Source: Pyrinomonadaceae bacterium (lineage in GTDB: Bacteria > Acidobacteriota > Blastocatellia > Pyrinomonadales > Pyrinomonadaceae). Taken from it: a stretch of DNA of 32,000 nucleotides. The notes below the pieces were generated by a model. That model ran no database searches. It was not told the origin of the DNA and worked only from the letters and a program-made list of their open reading frames with translations. Both the position numbers and the translations under genes were made by a program. Shown here piece by piece: positions 8,557 to 17,015 of the stretch (within the stretch, counting starts at the first letter, position 1; each line of letters starts with the position of its first letter). Location of the stretch: positions 3,372,192 to 3,404,191 of the forward strand of contig OZ252034.1 of NCBI GenBank assembly GCA_965247805.1, written 5' to 3'.

Positions 8557-10686
8557 TTACTTCGTGATTCCGACTTGGCTCAAAGCGTAAGCGTATTCAA
8601 ATGCAACTTCTTTCAAACGGTCGTATCTGCCGCTTGAACCGCCGTGTCCCGCGCCCATATTTGTTTTGAGCAGGACGATGTTGTCGTCAGTTTTCATTTC
8701 CCGGACTTTCGCGGCGAATTTCGCGCCTTCCCAATACGGAACCTGCGAATCGTTCAGCGAAACTTCGACGAGCATATTCGGGTAATTCTGCGCTTTGACA
8801 TTATCGTAAGGCGAGTATTGAACCATATAATCCCACGCCGCTTTTTCATTCGGATTGCCCCATTCGATCCATTCTTCGGTCGTTAAAGGCAAACTCGCAT
8901 CGAGCATCGTGTTCATCACGTCAACGAACGGAACCTGCGCGATTGCCGCGTGAAAAGTTTCCGGCGACATATTAACGACTCCGCCCATTAGCAGTCCGCC
9001 CGCGCTGCCGCCTTGAATAACCATTCGGTCAGCCGACGTGTATTTATTCGCTTCGAGCCATTTTGCCGAATCAATAAAATCGTGAAAGGTGTTTAATTTC
9101 TTAAACATTCGACCTTCCTGCCGCCATTTTTCGCCGAGTTCCGAACCGCCGCGAATATGCGCGACGGCATATATCATTCCGCGATCCAAAAGACTAAGCC
9201 GCGCCGTTGAGAAACTCGGTGTCATCGAAATTCCGTAACTTCCGTAAGCGTAAAGTAGCATTGGCACAGAACCGTCGAGCTTCGTGCCTTTTTTCCAGAC
9301 AATCGAGATCGGAACTTTCACGCCGTCACGCGCAACCGCCCATAAACGCTTGGTTTCATACTGCGTTTTGTCGTAGCCTGACGGAATTTCCTGCTGTTTG
9401 ATGAGTTCGCTTTTGCGCGTTTTGAAATCGTATTCGTAGGTCGAATTCGGCGTAATCATCGAAGCGTAATTGTATCGAATAATCGGCGTGTCATATTCAG
9501 GATTTGTTGACACGCCCATTGTGTAAACGTCTTCGGGCGTAGCAATCCGCGCCGCCGCCCGCTTCGTTTTCAAATCCATTACCTTGAGATATTCCAAACC
9601 GTTTTCGCGTTCGGAAATGACTGCGTAATCCTTAAAGAAATTAACGTCGTCAATTTTGACCGCCGGATTATGCGCCACAAAATCCTTCCAATTATTTTCG
9701 CCCGGATCATTGAGCGGAGCGCGGACGATCTTAAAGTTTTCCGCGTCTTTGTTGGTGATGATGTAAAATTCACCGTTGTTGAAATCGGCGGAATATTCGT
9801 GACCTTCGCGGCGCGGCGAAACGATTTTCCATTCGCCAAGCGGATTGTCAGCCGGCAAATAACGATACTCGCGCGAAGTTTTGGCTTGCGAACCTAAAAG
9901 CAGCATCTTTTTGTCGCGCGAACGTCCGATACCGATATTGAAAAGCAAGTCCTTTTCTTCAAACAACAAATCGTTTTTGTCCGTGCCGACCGTGTGCCGC
10001 CAAAATTTATCGGAACGCTTTGACACGGCATCTTCCTGCACGACAAACAGATATTTGCCGTCGTTTGACCATTCGGTCGAAGTCGCACGCTCGATTTTAT
10101 CAGGCAAAATTTTGCCGGTTCGTAAATCTTTAATTTGCAGAGTGTATTGACGATAGCCGGTCGTGTCAGTCGAAAACGCAAGCAGATTGCCGTCGTCCGA
10201 AACGTCGAAATCGCCGATGGCAAAATATTTAAAGCCCGTCGCCATCGCATTTTGATCGAGGAGAACTTCCGCGTCTTTGCCGTCCTTGGTTTTGCTCCGC
10301 AGATAAGTCGGGTATTGTTTCCCTTCCTCGGTGCGCGTAAAATACCAGTAATTGCCGAGTTTATAAGGAACGCTCAAATCGGTTTGCTTGATGCGACCGA
10401 TCATTTCCTTGTAAAGATTGTCGGCGAACGGCTGATGCGGCTTCATAAAACTTTCGGTATAAGCATTTTCAGCGTTCAAATAATCCAGAATTTCAGGATT
10501 TTTCTTCTCGTTTCGATCACGCAGCCACGCGTAATTATCGGTAATTTCGTAGCCGTGAATCTTTAAAACTTTTGGGTCTTTTTTTGCAACTGGTGGTTTC
10601 ATATCGGTTTGGGCAACAATTACTGTATTGCCGATGCATATAATTATGCCGACAAAAACGGCAAACACAAAAAGCACACGTTTCAT
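8557..10686 (-). CDS. S9 family peptidase, oligopeptidase B (protease II)-like
   Basis: Signal-like N-terminus, HGYEITDNYAWLRDRN, catalytic MVIQGGSAGGLLMGGVVNM, C-terminal NMGAGHGGSSGRY. Confidence 0.93.
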   Translation of the reverse strand: MKRVLFVFAVFVGIIICIGNTVIVAQTDMKPPVAKKDPKVLKIHGYEITDNYAWLRDRNEKKNPEILDYLNAENAYTESFMKPHQPFADNLYKEMIGRIKQTDLSVPYKLGNYWYFTRTEEGKQYPTYLRSKTKDGKDAEVLLDQNAMATGFKYFAIGDFDVSDDGNLLAFSTDTTGYRQYTLQIKDLRTGKILPDKIERATSTEWSNDGKYLFVVQEDAVSKRSDKFWRHTVGTDKNDLLFEEKDLLFNIGIGRSRDKKMLLLGSQAKTSREYRYLPADNPLGEWKIVSPRREGHEYSADFNNGEFYIITNKDAENFKIVRAPLNDPGENNWKDFVAHNPAVKIDDVNFFKDYAVISERENGLEYLKVMDLKTKRAAARIATPEDVYTMGVSTNPEYDTPIIRYNYASMITPNSTYEYDFKTRKSELIKQQEIPSGYDKTQYETKRLWAVARDGVKVPISIVWKKGTKLDGSVPMLLYAYGSYGISMTPSFSTARLSLLDRGMIYAVAHIRGGSELGEKWRQEGRMFKKLNTFHDFIDSAKWLEANKYTSADRMVIQGGSAGGLLMGGVVNMSPETFHAAIAQVPFVDVMNTMLDASLPLTTEEWIEWGNPNEKAAWDYMVQYSPYDNVKAQNYPNMLVEVSLNDSQVPYWEGAKFAAKVREMKTDDNIVLLKTNMGAGHGGSSGRYDRLKEVAFEYAYALSQVGITK

Positions 10687-11093
10687 CTTCTTTTGGAACT
10701 CCTTGAATTTTTAGTTTGGAAACTTTGATTTCTACGAGTTATTTTAGACTTTTGTTTCTGAATGCACAAAAGTAAAGCCAAATTACAATATTTTAACTGA
10801 AGTCCAAATTGCCGATTAATCTATCAGTTATCAGCTATTACCAATCAGCCATTCCGAATCGTTTATAATTTTACTCTGGATTAACTGATAGAATTAGAAC
10901 GAAAACGCACCGCTTACAACTTTTCGCCTTTTTTTTCGTAATTTATAAAAAAGTTTGTTAACACTTTTTCCAAACGCCGCGTCTTTAATACCGGCAAGCA
11001 ATTAAAAAGCCGATTTATACTTTTGATGAACGGCGAATCCGTTTGATATTCGTTCATTTTCATTCATACTTTTAATCGCCGTTCATCAATTTT

Positions 11094-11663
11094 TTGAAAC
11101 TAATGCCCGACAGCGAAATGACTGCCAATATGTTTCTTTTCACGACTGCCACCGCCACGCAAAAAGTGTCCGTGCAGGCGCAGATTGTCGAGCGCATTTT
11201 GGCGGGCGACGAAGAAGCGTTCGGCGAGCTTTATAAAATGTATGCCGCGATGGTTCACGGAATTGTTTTAGCGCGTGTGCCGCGTGATGAAGTCGCCGAC
11301 ATCGTGCAGGAAGTTTTTTTGTCGGCGTATAAAAATTTGAAAACTTTGCGCGATAAAACTGCCGTCGGCGCGTGGCTGGCGATGATCGCAAGAAATCGCG
11401 CCGCCGAATTTTACCGAAACGCACGTCCGACCGAAGAACTTTCGGAAGATTTGCGCCAAAAGGATAATCGCAACACGGAAGCGCGGGAAATTTTAAGGGC
11501 AATCCGCAGTTTGCCCGAAACTTACCGCGAAACGCTGGTTTTACGGCTCGTCGAAGGAATGACCGGGCAAGAAATCGCCGAACAAACCGGATTAACGCCC
11601 GAATCGGTCAGAGTAAATCTGCATCGCGGAATGAAATTGTTAAAGGAAAAACTCGGAATCTAA
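11094..11663 (+). CDS. RNA polymerase ECF-type sigma-70 factor
   Basis: AFGELYKMYAAMVHGIVLARV...DIVQEVFLSAYKNL (region 2) and LPETYRETLVLRLVEGMTGQEIAEQTGLTPESVRVNLHRGMKLLKEKL (region 4). Track start is TTG; an internal ATG at 11103 is also possible. Confidence 0.94.
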   Translation: MKLMPDSEMTANMFLFTTATATQKVSVQAQIVERILAGDEEAFGELYKMYAAMVHGIVLARVPRDEVADIVQEVFLSAYKNLKTLRDKTAVGAWLAMIARNRAAEFYRNARPTEELSEDLRQKDNRNTEAREILRAIRSLPETYRETLVLRLVEGMTGQEIAEQTGLTPESVRVNLHRGMKLLKEKLGI

Positions 11664-11668
11664 AGTTT

Positions 11669-12256
11669 ATGAAAGAAGATTATTTGTGGGACAAAACAGG
11701 CGAAGACGCGGAAATCGAAAAGCTGGAAAATGCTTTAATGGCATTTCGTTACACCGAAACCGCGCCGCCCGAACTTCCCGCCAAAGTTTTTGTGATCGAA
11801 CGCGAAAAACCGCGCCGATTTTTCCAATTTGGCTTTGCATTCGCGGCGTTCGCGTCAGTCGTCGTGATTTTATTCGCGGTTTGGTTTCAAGTTTCAAGCA
11901 GTAAAATCGCCGTTGTTGAAAATGTTTCGGAACTTAATGAACCGAAAGACGCTGAGAAAATTGACGTTATAAATCCCGAAATTGTGCCTGTTAAAGCAAT
12001 TGATAGTGAGAAGCGTTTCAGCAAACCGAATGTTGTAAAAATTCGCCAAACGGTCGCGCCGATCAATCGCGTAAACAAATTTGTCGCTCGAAATAACAAA
12101 GTAAAACCACCGACCGAAACACTGACTGCCGAAGAAAAATACGCTTATGACCAATTGATGCTCGCGCTTTCGGTGACGAGTTCGAGTTTACAAATCGTTA
12201 AAGACAAAGTTGAAGGAATTGAAGAAAAGAACGCCGTTTTAGACACGGCAAAATAG
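11669..12256 (+). CDS. Putative single-pass membrane anti-sigma-like protein
   Basis: Starts 6 nt after the sigma factor; cytoplasmic N-terminal part, one TM segment (FAFAAFASVVVILFAVWFQV), then an extracytoplasmic part. Function inferred from position and topology. Confidence 0.6.
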   Translation: MKEDYLWDKTGEDAEIEKLENALMAFRYTETAPPELPAKVFVIEREKPRRFFQFGFAFAAFASVVVILFAVWFQVSSSKIAVVENVSELNEPKDAEKIDVINPEIVPVKAIDSEKRFSKPNVVKIRQTVAPINRVNKFVARNNKVKPPTETLTAEEKYAYDQLMLALSVTSSSLQIVKDKVEGIEEKNAVLDTAK

Positions 12257-12330
12257 CTGTCAGTTATCAGTTTTCAGCTATCAGTTATCAGTTATTCCGA
12301 ATTTAACCAAAATTTTTAGGAGAAATTATT

Positions 12331-12897
12331 ATGAAATCATTGAGCAATTATTTGTTAAAATTTACATTTTTCACGCTTTTTGCGCTGTCGGCAATCGCGG
12401 CAAACGCGCAGGACGCACGGCTTCGTTTTGAAAAATTAAACGGCTTGGAAACAAAGGCGCGTGATGTCGTCGAAGTCAATATCGAAGGCAAACTGCTCGA
12501 TCTGGCGCGGCGCGTAATGATGAAATCAAAGGACGCGGACGCACAAAAAGTCAGTGAAGCGATTAAAGATTTAAAGGGAATTTACGTTCGCGTTTATAAT
12601 TTCGAGAACGAAAATGAATATAACATCACCGACGTTGACGAGATTCGACTTCAGCTTCAAAATCCGGGTTGGGAACGCCTCGCCAATGTCCGCAGTAAGA
12701 AAAACAACCAGAAAGTTGATGTTTACACGATGTTTCAGGGAGACGTGATGAGCGGTTTGGCAGTCGTCGTTTCGGAATCGAAAAGTATCGCACTCGTCAA
12801 CGTCATCGGTCCGATTGACATTGATCTGCTGATGGAACTGAGCGGCAAAATGAATATTCCGAAAATTGACATCGAAAACGAACCGAAAAACAAATAG
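12331..12897 (+). CDS. DUF4252-like exported protein 1
   Basis: Signal peptide (FTLFALSAIAANAQD), then EVNIEGKLLDLARR...LKGIYVRVYNF pattern, ending in LMELSGKMNIPKIDI. Confidence 0.7.
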   Translation: MKSLSNYLLKFTFFTLFALSAIAANAQDARLRFEKLNGLETKARDVVEVNIEGKLLDLARRVMMKSKDADAQKVSEAIKDLKGIYVRVYNFENENEYNITDVDEIRLQLQNPGWERLANVRSKKNNQKVDVYTMFQGDVMSGLAVVVSESKSIALVNVIGPIDIDLLMELSGKMNIPKIDIENEPKNK

Positions 12898-12909
12898 GAG
12901 GCGAAGGCA

Positions 12910-13461
12910 ATGAAAATAAAAAAACAGATTTTAGTCGCGGCGATTTTTCTCTTTCTGGCTTTCGCTCTGAACGCGCCGACGGCAAGCGCAAAAGGCGGTG
13001 AATACGCCAAAATCGTCAAACATCTAAAGACCAAATACCACGCCAAAAAAGTTAAAATTCCGTTTATGTTTCTGGCACGATTGGCGGTCAACATCGTCCG
13101 CCCGGCAGGTGTCAAAAGTTTCAGCGTGACGCTTTTTGAAGACCTTAAATTTTCCAAAGAAACGCTCGACGCGGAAATGCAGACGGCGATGCGCGATTCG
13201 TTCGGCGCGGAATGGAGTCCGATCTTGCGCGTCCGTTCGCGCACCGGCGAACAGGTTTATATGTATATGCGCGAGGCAGGTAGCAACGTCAAAATCTCGC
13301 TCGTCACGATAGACAAACAACAAGCCGCCGTCATTCGCGCAACAATCAATCCCGACAAACTTGCCGAATTTATGGACAACCCGCAAATTTTCGGCATTTC
13401 GCTCGACGACGGCAATAAAACCGAAACGCCGAAACCAATCGAAACGCCCAAGGAAAACTAA
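12910..13461 (+). CDS. DUF4252-like exported protein 2
   Basis: Signal peptide (FLFLAFALNAPTASA), GVKSFSVTLFEDL, and same operon position as the preceding paralog-like gene. Confidence 0.6.
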   Translation: MKIKKQILVAAIFLFLAFALNAPTASAKGGEYAKIVKHLKTKYHAKKVKIPFMFLARLAVNIVRPAGVKSFSVTLFEDLKFSKETLDAEMQTAMRDSFGAEWSPILRVRSRTGEQVYMYMREAGSNVKISLVTIDKQQAAVIRATINPDKLAEFMDNPQIFGISLDDGNKTETPKPIETPKEN

Positions 13462-13466
13462 TAAAC

Positions 13467-13520
13467 GGAACGCGAACTTTAGTTCGCCAATCAGCGGCGG
13501 CGAACTAAAGTTCGCGTTCC
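13467..13520. repeat. Perfect 22-bp inverted repeat, each arm itself containing the palindrome GCGAACTttAGTTCGC
   Basis: GGAACGCGAACTTTAGTTCGCC (13467-13488) / GGCGAACTAAAGTTCGCGTTCC (13499-13520), 5 bp after the DUF4252-like stop. Confidence 0.92.
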
Positions 13521-13732
13521 ATTTAACCAAACTCAAACTTGCCTTGACTTTTCCCCGCCGCAAAATTCATAATTCAAATACAGTCTTTCGGCTTCCCCTA
13601 ACATAATTTTACATATTGATTTACCAAAACGCGGTGTTTCCAAATATTCTATCGCCGCGCTCGAATAGTCCTTTATTTCGCAATCATACTGATTGAAATT
13701 TGCTCGAAAATAAATTTGGAGGACAACTGTAA

Positions 13733-14782
13733 GTGTTAAAAAATAAACTGTTTTTAGTGATCGCGCTGGTTTTGATTTCCGGCGTTTTGTCGGTTAGTGC
13801 GAAGACTTCCGACGCGGTAAGAGTAACTTTGAATTTTGAAAAAACGATGTTCGCGTATGACGAAAGCGTTCCGGTCAATGTTTCGTTCACGAACGAAGGC
13901 AAATCGAGCGTCAGAATCCTGCGATGGCTGACACCATTTGACGGCGTGAAAGACAATCTGTTCGTTGTCACGGTCAACGGCAAACCTGTTCAATACATCG
14001 GCGCGGATTATAAACGTCCGGCACCGACCGAGAAGGATTATGTTACAATCAACACGGGTGAAACATTCAATTCAACGGTTGATCTGGCGGGTTATTACGA
14101 CTTGTCGGAAACGGGTTATTACCAGGTAAATTACGGCATCGAATCGGCAAACGCTTTTTCGGCGCAGACGAGTTTGCTCAAACAAGCCGATTCGTTAAAA
14201 TCGGACACCGCGCAGACCTACATCGAAGGACGCGAACCCGCGCAGTTTCAAAATATCGCCGACGCGGTTTCAGGTTCGACAAGTTATACAGGTTGTTCGA
14301 GTTCGCGTCAATCTTCGCTGTTGACGGCGCGAAGCAACGCTTCGACCTACGCCGCCAATTCGTTTAATTACCTGAACGCCGGAACAGTCGGGGCGCGTTA
14401 CACGACTTGGTTCGGGACTTACAGTGCGACACGTTACTCAACGGTTCGCAGTCATTATTCAAACATTCGCAGCGCAATGGACACGGCAAGCGTTACATTC
14501 AACTGCACCTGCACCGACAGCGCGTATGCCTACGTTTATCCGACTCAGCCATATACGATTTACCTGTGCAACGCATTCTGGAGCGCACCTTCGACCGGAA
14601 CTGATTCCAAAGCCGGAACGCTCGTTCACGAAATGAGTCACTTCAATATAGTCGCGTCAACCGACGATTGGGCTTACGGTCAAACCGCCGCCAAAAATCT
14701 GGCAAGAACCAACACGACGAGAGCCGTTGACAACGCTGACAGCCACGAATATTTCGCGGAAAACACTCCGGCACAACCTTAA
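13733..14782 (+). CDS. Secreted M35-like zinc metallopeptidase (deuterolysin / Lys-specific metalloendopeptidase type)
   Basis: Signal peptide; VHEMSHFNIVASTDDWAYG (HExxH plus downstream D of the aspzincin type) and ADSHEYFAENTP. Confidence 0.87.
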   Translation: MLKNKLFLVIALVLISGVLSVSAKTSDAVRVTLNFEKTMFAYDESVPVNVSFTNEGKSSVRILRWLTPFDGVKDNLFVVTVNGKPVQYIGADYKRPAPTEKDYVTINTGETFNSTVDLAGYYDLSETGYYQVNYGIESANAFSAQTSLLKQADSLKSDTAQTYIEGREPAQFQNIADAVSGSTSYTGCSSSRQSSLLTARSNASTYAANSFNYLNAGTVGARYTTWFGTYSATRYSTVRSHYSNIRSAMDTASVTFNCTCTDSAYAYVYPTQPYTIYLCNAFWSAPSTGTDSKAGTLVHEMSHFNIVASTDDWAYGQTAAKNLARTNTTRAVDNADSHEYFAENTPAQP

Positions 14783-14801
14783 ATTTTTATAATTTTTTAC
14801 A

Positions 14802-14841
14802 AATAAAAAGGCAGAAGATTAATTTCTCCTGCCTTTTTATT
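14802..14841. terminator. Bidirectional intrinsic terminator between convergent genes
   Basis: AATAAAAAGGCAG (14802-14814) / CTGCCTTTTTATT (14829-14841); A/T tracts on both sides. Confidence 0.75.
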
Positions 14842-15496
14842 CATCAATTTTTTCTGAAATAATTTGAAATAATCTCTCGCAATGCGGCGCGGCTTCACGA
14901 ACTTTTTGCGGATTGATAATTTCTAAAAGTTTCGCTCCGTGTTTAGTTTTATGATATTCACCTTTCTGAGTGTTTTTTGTAGCATTTGCTAAATGATTTT
15001 CAACATCTGATTTTTTGATCTTTTCGACATTAGCATTTTTTGTAAGCGCATTACGGTTAAAATTCTGCCCGTAAAACTCAGCTAATTTGTCTTTGTCGGC
15101 AAAAAACCACGACTCCATCAAATGCACCATTAAATGACATTGATTTTCTTCTGCTTCTTGCAGATGCCATAGCGGATTTTGCTTTTGCAGAAAAGATTTC
15201 GGCGTTTCGTCTTCATCAATCGGCGCGTCGGAATCAAGCAGAAACAAAACGAAAGTGTTTTGATATTCCCTTTTGCCGTCAAGAAACTTCTTAAAAGTTT
15301 CAAATTTCGAGCCATAAGTTATCGGGCGAAGCGTCATATTTTTGCTTTTGGCTTTATCAACCAACTCACGAAAAAAACTATTGAAACCTTGCCGAAGCGT
15401 GATGTCAGTGTTTTTGCCTTTGTGTTTGGTGTCGCCTTCGATGTAGATTCTGATTTCTTTCACCATCGCGTCCCGCCGATTTCTCCTTTCAGCCAC
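14837..15496 (-). CDS. DUF4276-like protein (likely start at the internal Met, about position 15466: MVKEIRIYIEGD...)
   Basis: IYIEGDT near the N-terminus, FLLDSDAP, HLMVHLMESWFFADKDKL and HKTKHGAKLLEII; overlaps the 3' end of the upstream AAA ATPase gene. Confidence 0.7.
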   Translation of the reverse strand: MAERRNRRDAMVKEIRIYIEGDTKHKGKNTDITLRQGFNSFFRELVDKAKSKNMTLRPITYGSKFETFKKFLDGKREYQNTFVLFLLDSDAPIDEDETPKSFLQKQNPLWHLQEAEENQCHLMVHLMESWFFADKDKLAEFYGQNFNRNALTKNANVEKIKKSDVENHLANATKNTQKGEYHKTKHGAKLLEIINPQKVREAAPHCERLFQIISEKIDE

Positions 15497-16668
15497 AAAT
15501 CACCGAGTGAATATTCATCAAGCCACGCTTTCAATCTATCTTTTTCCAGACGCTTGAAGTGCGTTCCGTCCTCGTCTTTTTCGCAAACCAAAACGGCTTC
15601 GGGAATTTCGGAAAAAGCGGAAACGAGAATGTCCGAATGTGTCGTGACAATAAGCTGCGTTCGCTGCGAAGCCTCGATCATCAATTCGGCAATCGTCGGC
15701 AGAATATCAGGATGCAAACCCGTTTCCGGTTCTTCGATACAAATCAACGGTGGCGGCGCGGGATGACAAAGAATCGCCAGCAAACACAGATAACGCAAAG
15801 TCCCGTCCGAAAGACGTTTTGCAGAAATCGCCGTCTTGAGATTTTTTTCAACAAGATAAAATTGTAAATAATCACCTACATTTCTAACTTCATAATCATT
15901 TACATTTGGATAAAATCTTCTTAAATTTTCTATGATTTTGCTCTTTATTTCACCTTTTTTCTTTAGGTTATTCAAAATATGTGAAAGATTATTTCCATCT
16001 TCTTCCAGAAATTCATCCAAAATGTCGGGAGATTTAGGAGTTCTCAAATCAGAAGAACGGTTTGTATTTAAGTCTGAATAAATTTTAAAATCAGCTAAAA
16101 TTGTTCCCAAAATAGAAACTTCATAGAAATTAGCAAAATCCCTAACTTGCGAGAAAACTGACTCTCCTAAAGGTAATTTTCCAGATAAAATGTTTCGATA
16201 ATCTTTTTGTGGAGACACCTCATACAAACCATTAAGTGAGCTAAAATAATCTATTACATTTTCTGAGTTTTCAAATCTTTTATGTTCCTCTTGAAGGGAT
16301 TCTCTGATTACCGATACTTTGAAGTTGATTTCAGCAAATTCAAGTTTATAACGAAGTGATGGAGGGGTTTGTGAATATTCACTTCTAACAATTCCATTAA
16401 TTATTAATTCAATTGCTGTAAAATCCTCGCTTTCCTTTCCTTTCCAAATCCATTCGCTAATTCCGCCGTTTTTACTAATAAAAGTTGCCAAGCCTTTATC
16501 TTGTGGAAGCGAACGCAAAAGTTTTATGACATCAATTAAATTCGATTTGCCCGAAGCGTTTTGACCGATGATTATATTAAGAGGCTCAAGCTCGATTTCT
16601 TCGCCTTTGTCGCCGAAGGAAAGAATGTTTCGCAATTTGATTTTTTCGATTAAGCGTTTGCCTTCCAT
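15460..16668 (-). CDS. RecF/SMC-like AAA ATPase (COG4637 type)
   Basis: Walker A IIIGQNASGKSNLID, LSDGTLRYL signature, Walker B LICIEEPETGLHPD, LIVTTHSDILV, C-terminal GDLWLKGEIGGTRW. Confidence 0.9.
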   Translation of the reverse strand: MEGKRLIEKIKLRNILSFGDKGEEIELEPLNIIIGQNASGKSNLIDVIKLLRSLPQDKGLATFISKNGGISEWIWKGKESEDFTAIELIINGIVRSEYSQTPPSLRYKLEFAEINFKVSVIRESLQEEHKRFENSENVIDYFSSLNGLYEVSPQKDYRNILSGKLPLGESVFSQVRDFANFYEVSILGTILADFKIYSDLNTNRSSDLRTPKSPDILDEFLEEDGNNLSHILNNLKKKGEIKSKIIENLRRFYPNVNDYEVRNVGDYLQFYLVEKNLKTAISAKRLSDGTLRYLCLLAILCHPAPPPLICIEEPETGLHPDILPTIAELMIEASQRTQLIVTTHSDILVSAFSEIPEAVLVCEKDEDGTHFKRLEKDRLKAWLDEYSLGDLWLKGEIGGTRW

Positions 16669-16720
16669 ATCGTTTCAGATTATAACTCAACTTTTGAAAT
16701 TTGCGATTTTGTCGCTGAAA

Positions 16721-16902
16721 GCGACCGACAATATAGCGTAGGGTGAAACCCTACGTCAGTTTAATCAATGACGCACTCGCTAAAGGCGAGCAACAAATTT
16801 GCGGCGCATTGTTCGACACCTTCAGCGTCGGAATATATTTTCGATTGACATAGGGTTCTCGCTCATTTCATTCGCTTCACCCTATGCTATATTATTGGTC
16901 GC
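16721..16902. repeat. Imperfect inverted repeat pair bounding a TAGGGTGAA-type intergenic repeat
   Basis: GCGACCGACAATATAGCGTAGGGTGAA (16721-16747) vs reverse complement of TTCACCCTATGCTATTATATTGGTCGC (16876-16902), 22/27 identities; the internal GTAGGG-TGAAA-CCCTAC can fold on its own. Confidence 0.8.
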
Positions 16903-16973
16903 CGTTGGCGACTTTAGACAGATAATCCCCGCATAAAAAGTAAAAAAGCAAAAGTTAAAGAATCGCTTCCTTA

Positions 16974-17015
16974 CTTTTGCCTTTTTACTTTTACCTTTTG
17001 CCTTTTTACTTTTAC
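16974..17015. repeat. Tandem repeat, 21 bp x 2 (CTTTTGCCTTTTTACTTTTAC)
   Basis: Two identical consecutive units, running over the citrate synthase stop codon (17012-17014). Confidence 0.9.

Noticed and set aside
9207-10566. Numerous antisense ORFs (for example 9207-9401, 10135-10566) overlapping the S9 peptidase gene
   Set aside because: They lie inside a strongly supported gene on the opposite strand, have arginine/cysteine-rich composition typical of shadow frames, and show no domain motifs. The same reasoning applies to the antisense ORFs over gatA, both GGDEF-EAL genes, citrate synthase and 26284-31210.
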